In this document: positions 8,280 to 16,133 of the stretch, piece by piece
How the letters are laid out: every line of letters starts with the position of its first letter
Position numbering within the stretch: position 1 is the first letter of the stretch
Assembly (NCBI GenBank): GCA_937893885.1
Contig: CALCTE010000216.1
Location: 1-24,730 of the forward strand
From: an uncultured Clostridia bacterium
Lineage (GTDB): Bacteria; Bacillota; Clostridia; Oscillospirales; CAG-272
Length of the DNA: 24,730 nt
Direction: 5' to 3'
Translations under genes and position numbers: made by a program
The notes under the pieces: generated by a model
The model's database searches: none
The model's input: the letters and a program-made list of their open reading frames with translations, nothing else
Told to the model about the DNA's origin: nothing

Positions 8280-9077
8280 TTATAGCTTTGCATTCAACGG
8301 GCGATCCGTTATATTGTATCCAAACAAATTTTTGTGAAGTCTGCTTACGTAGTTTGGGTCGCCAAAGCCGTAAATGTTTGCCGCCTTATAAAGCGGTACG
8401 CCCTCTCTTTCCATAAGAGCCTTTACGCGTGAAAGCTTTTGGCGGTTTATATATTTCATCACGGTCACTCCCTCGGTCTCCTTGAAGACCGTACAAAGAT
8501 ATCCCGGAGAAATATTGAGATGCTCTGCAATTTCCTTTTGGGTGATGGGCTCTGTTATATGCTTACTTATAAAGCGCTTTGCGCGCTCGGTATAAAGTGC
8601 GGAGCCGGGCACGGTATAAAGTCCCTGCTTGCGTGCAATATCATCCACGGCACATAACAGCTCCAAAAACTTCGCCGCAGCTCTGGTAGGGTTACTGTTA
8701 AGTGCGTCAAAGCCGTAAACAAAATTGTCTATCATACGTGTAAGGGTTTCGTTATGCATATCCTTGGTAATTACCGTAGGAAGAAATATGCCCCCGCTTT
8801 CCACCGGTTCCCATTCAAGCGTCGCCGCAACAGTATGATGTCGGTGAAACGACTTCGCATTTATTTTAAGCGGCTCGGTAAAGGTGTTGCACACAACGTC
8901 GCCTGCGTGAGTCTCTATGCGCTTCCCTCCTATGTCAAGGACCGTATCACCCTCAACAAGCACAGCTACTTCAATATGGTTTTTGCTGACACCCGAACCG
9001 TTGGAATATTGCTCTGCTTCAAAACTATGTGCAAAACAAAGTTCGGGCATAGAAAGAACATTCATCTGTATCATCAT
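8280..9077 (-). CDS. AraC/XylS family transcriptional regulator
   Basis: N-terminal cupin-like segment (HIEVAVLVEG...HAGDV); C-terminal double HTH EIAEHLNISPGYLCTVFKETEG...YGFGDPNYVSR. The start may be the second ATG (9074). Confidence 0.9.
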   Translation of the reverse strand: MMIQMNVLSMPELCFAHSFEAEQYSNGSGVSKNHIEVAVLVEGDTVLDIGGKRIETHAGDVVCNTFTEPLKINAKSFHRHHTVAATLEWEPVESGGIFLPTVITKDMHNETLTRMIDNFVYGFDALNSNPTRAAAKFLELLCAVDDIARKQGLYTVPGSALYTERAKRFISKHITEPITQKEIAEHLNISPGYLCTVFKETEGVTVMKYINRQKLSRVKALMEREGVPLYKAANIYGFGDPNYVSRLHKNLFGYNITDRPLNAKL

Positions 9078-9092
9078 ATCACCTCAAAACAT

Positions 9093-9121
9093 ATCATATC
9101 ATTTTATATGAATTTTGTCAA
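9093..9121 (-). promoter_or_regulatory. sigma-A-type promoter for the AraC gene
   Basis: Minus strand TTGACA (9121-9116), 17 nt, TG-A-TATGAT (9098-9093); GAGGTG RBS immediately downstream. Confidence 0.72.
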
Positions 9122-9171
9122 GAAAAAATAAGTTTATATATTCCATTTCGAAATAATGATTGCTATTATAT

Positions 9172-9195
9172 GTATTGAGGAGAGATCCTCAATAC
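9172..9195. promoter_or_regulatory. Perfect palindrome upstream of the GRE (operator or 5' hairpin)
   Basis: GTATTGAGGA-GAGA-TCCTCAATAC, 10-bp arms; lies just after TG-C-TATTAT (9161-9169) and abuts TTGACA (9196-9201). Confidence 0.55.
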
Positions 9196-9251
9196 TTGAC
9201 AAAAGAATTTTGTGAAACAACAAAATCTTATACAGAAAAGGAGAAATTGCT

Positions 9252-11357
9252 ATGAGTTTGACAAAAGAATTGAACAAAGAGCTGAAAGTGCCCTGCGGAC
9301 GTTTGGCTACCCAAGCGTTTCGCCGTGAAGGACTGATCGATAACCTCGCCGCCCCCATGCCTACGTTGAGGGCAGAGGGAATATACACGCTCTTTTCCCT
9401 CCCGAAGCCCGTTATCTTGAAGAACGAGCTTATTGCGGGAAATATCAAATTTATCCATTTGGATATCACCGAAGAAGAACTTGAATTTCTGTCTGCGGAA
9501 TGTAATGACCTCGGTGAGCGCGACTTTCCCCAGAACAAAGACCATTATGCGCCTAACTACTGGCACATTTTAAAGATCGGTATTCCCGGACTGAAAGAGG
9601 AGATAAACGCGTCTTTGGAAAATCACAAAGGCTGTGAGGAAAAGGAGCTTAACTTAAAGGCTATGTTCCGCGCCCTCGAAGGCTTCGAAAAGATGATTGA
9701 AAATCACGCTGACGCGATTGAAGCTCTTTACGGTTCAGACGGATACGATACCGAAAGACTTAAGAAAATGGCTGAAAACTGCCGCGCTATCGCAAAGGGT
9801 GTTCCCGAGACCTTTGAGCAGGCTCTTCAGCTCGTATGGTTTTGCCACCTTGCATTCGTAATGGAAGGCAGATTTGCAATGGCACTCGGAAGACTCGACC
9901 AATATCTTTACCCCTTCTACAAGAAGGATATCGAAGCGGGAACGCTTACCGATGAGCAAGCAGTCTTGCTTCTTGAAAACGTTTTCATTAAGCTCCAGGA
10001 CGACGTTGTAAACATAACCATCGGCGGACGCAGTGTAGATGGCTCGTGCGACGTAAACGGACTCTCCTACTGTGTTCTCAAAGCCGTAGGAAACTGCAAC
10101 GTACCCGGCCCGAACCTTTCCTTCAGAGTGACGGATAACACGCCCGACGATATTATGGACCTTGCACTTCGAATCATCGGAACGGGTCTTGGCTATCCCG
10201 CACTTATGAACAACGACGTAAACACGCAATCGCTTTTGCGTCTCGGCTATCCCAAAGAAGACGCTTACAACTACGCTATGGTAGGCTGTATCGAAAACTT
10301 TATTGCAGGCAAGCAGCCCCCTTGGACCGACAGCCGAATCGACGCTCCCAAGTATCTGGATCACGTATTCCACGAAGGTAAGAATCCGCAGGGCATACGT
10401 ATCGGCGCAAAAACACCTTCCGTCGATGAATTGACCACAATGGATAAATTTATGGAAGCTTACGAAGAACAGCTTTCATACGCCGCAGATGCATACTTCT
10501 TCAGAATCAGAAACAGAAACGAGCGCTTCAATCAAAATCATTATCCCGACCCATTCCTATCTCTGTTCTGCTTCGACTGCATAGGTCGCGGCTTGGACAT
10601 CAACAACGGCGGAGCAATATATCCCATGAATCACGGTGCGGGCGTTGCGGGAATTGCAACAACGGCAGACTCGCTTGCAGCTCTTGAAAAGGCTGTATTC
10701 GTAGATAAGAAATACACCCTATCCGAAATTAAGGAAGCTATCGACAAAAACTTCGAAGGCTTCGATGAAATGAGAGAATATTTGCTCGCGGCTCCAAAAT
10801 ACGGCAACAATGACAATTTCGTTGATAAGTATGCTATATGGCTGACGACATTTATGTCGAAACTCTTTGACAGATACCGCACAAGAGACGGCGGAAGATA
10901 TATTATCGGTATGGCGTCTAACATAAGCAATGTTAAGGCGGGAAAAGTAATGGGCGCGACTCCCGACGGAAGACTCGCCGGAGAGCCTATCTCCGACGCC
11001 GCAAGCCCCGCATACGGAAGGGATGCACGCGGTGTCACCTCGGCGCTTCTTTCACTTGCAAAGCCCGATTATACTCACGTTAGCGTGGGAAGCGTTATCA
11101 ACCAGAAATATTCTCCCTCTATGTTTACGGACGATGCAAAGAGAGCAAAGCTTCTTGCACTTATAAGAACTTATTTCAAAAACGGCGGTCAGGAAATACA
11201 GATGAACGCAACCTCCAGAGAGGTCCTCATCGACGCTATGAACCACCCCGAAAATTACGGGGACTTGGTCGTAAGAGTTTCGGGATTCTCGGCATTCTAC
11301 GTAACTCTCGATCCCGGCGTTCAGCTCGATATCTTAAACCGTACACAGCAAGGATAA
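9252..11357 (+). CDS. Glycyl radical enzyme (PFL superfamily, single-Cys eliminase/dehydratase-like; substrate unknown)
   Basis: Gly loop LVVRVSGFS (G678), Cys loop VGCIE (C346, E348), GRLDQYLYPFY, APKYGNND, GATPDGRLAGEP; AAGGAG RBS; activase gene adjacent. Confidence 0.93.
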   Translation: MSLTKELNKELKVPCGRLATQAFRREGLIDNLAAPMPTLRAEGIYTLFSLPKPVILKNELIAGNIKFIHLDITEEELEFLSAECNDLGERDFPQNKDHYAPNYWHILKIGIPGLKEEINASLENHKGCEEKELNLKAMFRALEGFEKMIENHADAIEALYGSDGYDTERLKKMAENCRAIAKGVPETFEQALQLVWFCHLAFVMEGRFAMALGRLDQYLYPFYKKDIEAGTLTDEQAVLLLENVFIKLQDDVVNITIGGRSVDGSCDVNGLSYCVLKAVGNCNVPGPNLSFRVTDNTPDDIMDLALRIIGTGLGYPALMNNDVNTQSLLRLGYPKEDAYNYAMVGCIENFIAGKQPPWTDSRIDAPKYLDHVFHEGKNPQGIRIGAKTPSVDELTTMDKFMEAYEEQLSYAADAYFFRIRNRNERFNQNHYPDPFLSLFCFDCIGRGLDINNGGAIYPMNHGAGVAGIATTADSLAALEKAVFVDKKYTLSEIKEAIDKNFEGFDEMREYLLAAPKYGNNDNFVDKYAIWLTTFMSKLFDRYRTRDGGRYIIGMASNISNVKAGKVMGATPDGRLAGEPISDAASPAYGRDARGVTSALLSLAKPDYTHVSVGSVINQKYSPSMFTDDAKRAKLLALIRTYFKNGGQEIQMNATSREVLIDAMNHPENYGDLVVRVSGFSAFYVTLDPGVQLDILNRTQQG

Positions 11358-11361
11358 TATC

Positions 11362-12129
11362 ATGCAAGTAAACATTTCCAATATACAGCACTTTTCCGTG
11401 GGTGACGGTGCCGGTATACGCACGACGGTGTTTTTTAAGGGCTGTAATCTTCACTGCTTATGGTGCCACAATCCTGAGACTATAAGCGGTGAAGCCGAAG
11501 TGCTGAAGTACAAGAACAAAAAGCCCGAAACAGTCGGACGAAAAGTCGAATGCGAAGACATTCTTCCCGAGCTTTTGGAGGATAAGGCATTTTTCCTTGA
11601 AAGCGGCGGTGGCGTGACCTTATCGGGCGGCGAGTGTATGCTTCAGTACGAAGGTGTCGCACATATCGCCTCCCTTCTCAAAAACGAGGGCGTAGAAGTG
11701 CTTGTCGATACGGCAGGCTGTGTTCCATACAAAGCATTTGAGAAAACAAACGGCATCGTTTCGGGATATCTGTATGATTTTAAAAGTGCGGACAAAGAGA
11801 AGCTTAAGGAATACACAGGCGCGGACCTTGATCTTGTCTATTCCAATTTGCAAAAGCTTATCCACGATGGTCAAAACGTGCTTTTGAGGATACCTCTTAT
11901 CCCCGGCTTCAACACAGATGAAAAATCTATTGAGAATATAAGTAAGCATCTTTCGGAAATAGGAATCAAAGAAGTATATCTCTTGCCGTTTCACCGCTTG
12001 GGCTCGGGCAAATATGCCGCGCTCGGCAAAGATTATGCGTATAAGGATACGGAGCCTTTAACAAAGCAAGAGCTTGCAGAGATATCCGCGCAATATGAAA
12101 AAAATTTTAAAGTAATAATAGAAAAGTAA
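11362..12129 (+). CDS. Glycyl-radical enzyme activating enzyme (radical SAM)
   Basis: DGAGIRTTVFFKGCNLHCLWCHNPE (CxxxCxxC), GGGVTLSGGE, RIPLIPGFN, LLPFHRLG; starts 4 nt after the GRE stop. Confidence 0.93.
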   Translation: MQVNISNIQHFSVGDGAGIRTTVFFKGCNLHCLWCHNPETISGEAEVLKYKNKKPETVGRKVECEDILPELLEDKAFFLESGGGVTLSGGECMLQYEGVAHIASLLKNEGVEVLVDTAGCVPYKAFEKTNGIVSGYLYDFKSADKEKLKEYTGADLDLVYSNLQKLIHDGQNVLLRIPLIPGFNTDEKSIENISKHLSEIGIKEVYLLPFHRLGSGKYAALGKDYAYKDTEPLTKQELAEISAQYEKNFKVIIEK

Positions 12130-12144
12130 AAAGGAGAACTAAAG

Positions 12145-13242
12145 ATGAAAGCTAAAGCAGCAGTATTTATGGGACCCGAAAAGGATTTCGAAATTCGCGA
12201 GTTTGACGTTGTAGACGCACCTGCAGGATACGGCAGAATGGAGCTTATAGCAAGCGGAATTTGCGGAACGGATATTCATATTCATAAGGGCAGACTCGGC
12301 GGAAGAGTTCCTTCCATCATCGGTCACGAATTCGTAGGAAGAATCACCGATATAAACAAAGAAGACTCCGAGAAGTTCGGCCTTAAGATAGGCGATGCGG
12401 CTATTGCTGATATCGCTATCCCCTGCGGCGAATGTATCCTTTGCAAAAACGGCGACGACGCAAACTGCGTTCATTTCAAATCCGCTATAAGCGGCGTTTT
12501 GGACGAGGCGCCTCACTTCCGTGGCGGATACGGCGAAGTAAACTTCACTCCCGCAACTAATCTTATAAAAATTCCCGAGGATATCGACCCCACCGTTGCA
12601 ACGGTATTCGCTTGCCCCGGCCCCACAGCTATTCACGGCTGCACTCTCGCTGAAAAAGCAGGCGTTGATCTTAAGAACGTAAATGTAGCGGTAGTACAGG
12701 GTCTTGGTCCCGTCGGCACCTTCTCGCTTATGTATCTCAAGAGAAGCGGCGTTAAGAAGGTATATGCAATAACTGCTTTTACAGATAAAAAGAGAGAAGA
12801 TCTCGCTCTCGAACTCGGCGCAGACAAAGTGTTCTGCATTGACAGAGACGGCAACGATAACATTAAGGAAGAACTCCTTAAAGAAAACGGCGGCATAGGC
12901 GTAGACCTTTGCGTAGAATGCTCAGGCGCTCCCGTTGCAGTCCCCTTCGCATTCAGCATTTTGAGAAATCGCGGCGTATATATCGTTCCCGGTCAGTACA
13001 GCCAGTCCGGTGCCGTTGAGATCCAGCCTCAGCTCATTACCTTTAAGGCGCTTCACATTATCGGCTCCTCTCAGTATTCCATCAGTGACGTTAATAAGTA
13101 TCTCGAATTCTTAGGAAATAACAAGGATCTGTTCCCTGTAATCGCAAAACTTGCAAGCAAATATCCCTTAAGCAAAATTAACGAAGCTATCAAAGACGCG
13201 AAGAGCGGAAACAATATAAAGACAGTACTTGTAAAGGACTAA
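12145..13242 (+). CDS. Zinc-dependent medium-chain alcohol dehydrogenase (MDR)
   Basis: GICGTDIH, GHEFVG, structural Zn CGECILC...C, FACPG, Rossmann VQGLGPVG, ECSG; AAGGAG RBS. Confidence 0.92.
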   Translation: MKAKAAVFMGPEKDFEIREFDVVDAPAGYGRMELIASGICGTDIHIHKGRLGGRVPSIIGHEFVGRITDINKEDSEKFGLKIGDAAIADIAIPCGECILCKNGDDANCVHFKSAISGVLDEAPHFRGGYGEVNFTPATNLIKIPEDIDPTVATVFACPGPTAIHGCTLAEKAGVDLKNVNVAVVQGLGPVGTFSLMYLKRSGVKKVYAITAFTDKKREDLALELGADKVFCIDRDGNDNIKEELLKENGGIGVDLCVECSGAPVAVPFAFSILRNRGVYIVPGQYSQSGAVEIQPQLITFKALHIIGSSQYSISDVNKYLEFLGNNKDLFPVIAKLASKYPLSKINEAIKDAKSGNNIKTVLVKD

Positions 13243-13263
13243 AATAAATCAGAATCACTAACG

Positions 13264-13298
13264 AAGGACAGAGAATGGGTTTAATTCTCTGTCCTTTT
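13264..13298 (+). terminator. Intrinsic terminator closing the GRE operon
   Basis: AAGGACAGAGAAT-GGGTTTA-ATTCTCTGTCCTT 13-bp stem, then a T-rich tail. Confidence 0.82.
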
Positions 13299-13348
13299 GA
13301 CCTTTCTTGCGCTTTCAAGCTTAATATTAACAAATTATTAAAAGCATA

Positions 13349-13377
13349 TTGCCATAGTTCTTAATTTGTGATATAAT
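13349..13377 (+). promoter_or_regulatory. sigma-A-type promoter for the zinc-ribbon protein/ABC operon
   Basis: TTGCCA (13349-13354), 17 nt, TG-A-TATAAT (13372-13377). Confidence 0.75.
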
Positions 13378-13444
13378 GTAATAAACTACAATGTCAGTAA
13401 TTCTACGAAAGGATAAAAGGCAGTCAAATGCCACAGGTACAGTT

Positions 13445-15403
13445 ATGTTTTGTAAAAACTGCAACAATCAAATCCCCGACAGTTCTCGGTTTTGCCCCGA
13501 ATGCGGCACTAAAATTATAGAAGAGGAAGTTTTAGCAAAAGCAGAAGTTGTAACCGAAGCAGAAGTTGTAGCCGAAACAGAAGTTGTAGCCGAAGCAGAA
13601 ATTGTAACCGAAGCAGAAGTTGTAGCCGAAGCAGAAGTTGTAACCGGAGAGGAAGTTTTGGCCGAAGCAGAAGTTACAAATGAAGCACCTGTCGAGACCG
13701 AGTCTGAAGTTACTGCCGAATCACCCGTTTCAGCCGAAAAAGGCAAATTCGATTTTGGCAGAATCTTTACCGTTGTGAAAGAGTCTTTTAAAAAGTACAC
13801 TAAATTTTGGATAGGCGGAGCAGCAGTTATACTTGCGCTTATTATCGTATTTAATCTTTCTGCAATTTCGGGATTTTGCGTTAAACTTTTTGGTGACGAA
13901 AAGACGTATGTTCAGTATGTTGAGGAAAAGGCTGCCAATGATATCGTCGAAACGGGCAATACTTTTTACGGCAGGCTTCTCGACATTATAGATATGAACT
14001 ACGGTGCTGAAACCGAAATCGAGCTTAATCTTTCAAAGGACGCTATCAAGTCGCTTGAAGATGCAACCGATATGCAGTTCGATTGGCTCGACAAGCTCGG
14101 GATGTTTATGTCCACCGACGTTAAAAATGAAATCTATTCCGCCGAACTGGGTGTCACCATCGGATCAAACGATCTTATCAACTTAAAAACTATATTAGAC
14201 TTAGCAGGAAAGAAGATGTTCGTGGGATTGCCCGGTCTCAGCGATAAATATCTTTCTTCAAGCAACGTAGAGCTTCCCGAAGGATTCAGTCTTAAGATGA
14301 TTGCAGACATTGCAAAGGCGCTTCCCTCCGAAGCAAAATTCGAAAAGCTTCTTGACAAATATATCAAGATTATTATAGACCAGTTTGATGACGTTTCGGA
14401 AGATAAAGATACCATATCGGCAGGAGACATTGAGCAAAAGGTTACCGTTTCTAAAATAAAGATTAAGGAAGAGACGGTTCTCAACATAGGCATTGCTATT
14501 TTAGAAGAAGCAAAAGGCGACAAGGAACTCAAAAACGTAATTATCGACTTTGTTAAAACTGTTAAAAAGCAGGATGCTCTTAAAGAGCAATTCGACGATT
14601 TTACCGCCGATGAAGCTTACGATGAATTCGTTGCAAGCATCAATTCGGGACTTGATTCTTTGCAAGCTCAAAAGGATGCTATCGGTGAAAACAAGACCTT
14701 CTTCATTCTCGTTAACTACATTGACGCAGATCACAAGATCGTAGGTCGCGAGATCAAGGTTTCCGGCGAGAGCATGGAAAACGAAACGGTAATCTCCTAC
14801 ATAATGCCTCACAAGGGCAACAAGTTTGCGTATAGGCTCGAAGCAGACGGTATAAAGATCACCGGCGAAGGTAAGGACAAAGATGGCGTTATTACAGGCG
14901 AGTTCAAGATATTAGCAGAAAGTGAAGGTCTTAGTCTCAATCTCTGCACCATCGAAGTTGACAAATTCGATACGAACGCACTTACAAAGGGTGAGATAAA
15001 GGGTACCGTGACGATTTTACCTAACAACAGACTCGGCAGTCTTACTCTTACAGACTCCGTTTCAAACGTTCTTACAGCCATTATCGGCGACGGAATTGAA
15101 TTTGTGTTTGACGGAGGTATTGACAAGGGCAAGGTTGAAATCAACATTCTTCAAAAAGACGGTTTCTATGCCGGAGTTACCATGAAGTACAAAATGGGTA
15201 AAGGTAGCAACGTTAAGCTTCCTTCCGAAAAGAAGACCTACGGTGAAGATGAAATTGAAGAATTTTTAGCTTCCCTCGATTTTGAAAAGATAGTAAAGGC
15301 GCTTGAGAAGGGTAAGGTCGACAGCGATATCATCGAAAAGGTTGAACTTTTCATTGAAACTATTAAAGGCGAGACTTATCCGGCCGGCTCTCTTTTATTC
15401 TAA
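13445..15403 (+). CDS. Zinc-ribbon membrane protein: N-terminal C4 zinc ribbon, acidic repeat linker, one TM helix, large extracytoplasmic domain of unknown function
   Basis: MFCKNCNNQIPDSSRFCPECG; AEVV(T/A)E repeats; TM WIGGAAVILALIIVFNLSAISGF. ATG 13445 preferred because these domains usually start MFC and ATG 13391 lacks an RBS. Confidence 0.78.
   Translation: MFCKNCNNQIPDSSRFCPECGTKIIEEEVLAKAEVVTEAEVVAETEVVAEAEIVTEAEVVAEAEVVTGEEVLAEAEVTNEAPVETESEVTAESPVSAEKGKFDFGRIFTVVKESFKKYTKFWIGGAAVILALIIVFNLSAISGFCVKLFGDEKTYVQYVEEKAANDIVETGNTFYGRLLDIIDMNYGAETEIELNLSKDAIKSLEDATDMQFDWLDKLGMFMSTDVKNEIYSAELGVTIGSNDLINLKTILDLAGKKMFVGLPGLSDKYLSSSNVELPEGFSLKMIADIAKALPSEAKFEKLLDKYIKIIIDQFDDVSEDKDTISAGDIEQKVTVSKIKIKEETVLNIGIAILEEAKGDKELKNVIIDFVKTVKKQDALKEQFDDFTADEAYDEFVASINSGLDSLQAQKDAIGENKTFFILVNYIDADHKIVGREIKVSGESMENETVISYIMPHKGNKFAYRLEADGIKITGEGKDKDGVITGEFKILAESEGLSLNLCTIEVDKFDTNALTKGEIKGTVTILPNNRLGSLTLTDSVSNVLTAIIGDGIEFVFDGGIDKGKVEINILQKDGFYAGVTMKYKMGKGSNVKLPSEKKTYGEDEIEEFLASLDFEKIVKALEKGKVDSDIIEKVELFIETIKGETYPAGSLLF
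13523..13684 (+). repeat. In-frame 18-bp tandem repeat, about 9 units
   Basis: Consensus GCAGAAGTTGTA(A/G)CCGAA; six near-identical units at 13541-13648 with degenerate flanking units. Confidence 0.92.
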
Positions 15404-15416
15404 TACTTAATAATCA

Positions 15417-15450
15417 ATAATCGGCGCTGTGCAATATCAGCGCCGATTAT
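15417..15450. other. Intergenic 13-bp stem-loop without U-tract
   Basis: ATAATCGGCGCTG-TGCAATAT-CAGCGCCGATTAT, ending a few nt before the AGGTG RBS of the ABC ATPase. Confidence 0.65.
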
Positions 15451-15463
15451 ATATAGGTGAAAT

Positions 15464-16132
15464 ATGGAAATCAAGATACAAGGTATAAAAAAGAAATACG
15501 GAAACAAAGAGGTTTTAAACGGTATTGATTTTTCTGTATCCGCAGGCAAGTGCGTAGGAGTGCTCGGCGGTAACGGTTGCGGTAAATCGACGCTTTTATC
15601 TATACTCGCAGGAATTCAAACTGCAGATGCGGGTAAGTTTTTATGTGACGGCAAAGACCTTCTTAAGTCGCCTAAATACAGAGCTTCTCTTGTCGGTTAC
15701 GTTCCGCAAGGAACGCCTTTAATTGAGGAACTTACGGCAAGAGACAACCTTTCGCTTTGGTATACGAAGACAGCGATGAAGAAAGAGCTTGAAGATGGCG
15801 TGCTTAAAATGCTCGGCATTGATGAATTTCTCGACGTCACGGTTTCAAAAATGAGCGGCGGTATGAAAAAGCGCCTTTCAATAGGCTGCGCCGTATCAAA
15901 CAAGCCTAAAATTTTGCTTTTCGACGAAGCTATGACGGCGCTTGATATTTCCTGCAAGATGCGAATTTTCGAATATGTCAAAAAGCACGTAGCGGAAGGC
16001 GGCATATGCCTTCTTGTCACACACGACGTTATGGAATTAGAGCTTTGCGACCAGTGCTATATCATCAAAGATGGCAAAGCAATACCTTTTATATACGAAG
16101 GAGACACGGAGTTACTTATCCGAAGCTTTTAA
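15464..16132 (+). CDS. ABC transporter ATP-binding protein (ABC-2/drug exporter type)
   Basis: Walker A GGNGCGKST, Q-loop YVPQ, signature MSGGM, Walker B LLFDE, H-loop VTHD. Confidence 0.93.
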   Translation: MEIKIQGIKKKYGNKEVLNGIDFSVSAGKCVGVLGGNGCGKSTLLSILAGIQTADAGKFLCDGKDLLKSPKYRASLVGYVPQGTPLIEELTARDNLSLWYTKTAMKKELEDGVLKMLGIDEFLDVTVSKMSGGMKKRLSIGCAVSNKPKILLFDEAMTALDISCKMRIFEYVKKHVAEGGICLLVTHDVMELELCDQCYIIKDGKAIPFIYEGDTELLIRSF

Positions 16133-16133
16133 T

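Noticed and set aside
9210..9227. Rex operator upstream of the GRE
   Set aside because: Only the left half (TTGTGAA) matches TTGTGAA-N4-TTCACAA; the right half does not.
9252..11357. Calling the GRE pyruvate formate-lyase (pflB), CutC, HypD or glycerol dehydratase
   Set aside because: It has a single Cys rather than the Cys-Cys of PFL, and neither the pocket motifs nor the gene context match the others as I recall them; no specific name is supportable.
13428..13520. 30-codon out-of-frame ORF overlapping the zinc-ribbon gene start
   Set aside because: No leader-peptide features and it overlaps the conserved Zn-ribbon codons; likely chance.
13523..13684. Tandem repeat as a CRISPR array
   Set aside because: Units are contiguous with no spacers, are in frame within a CDS, and there are no cas genes.
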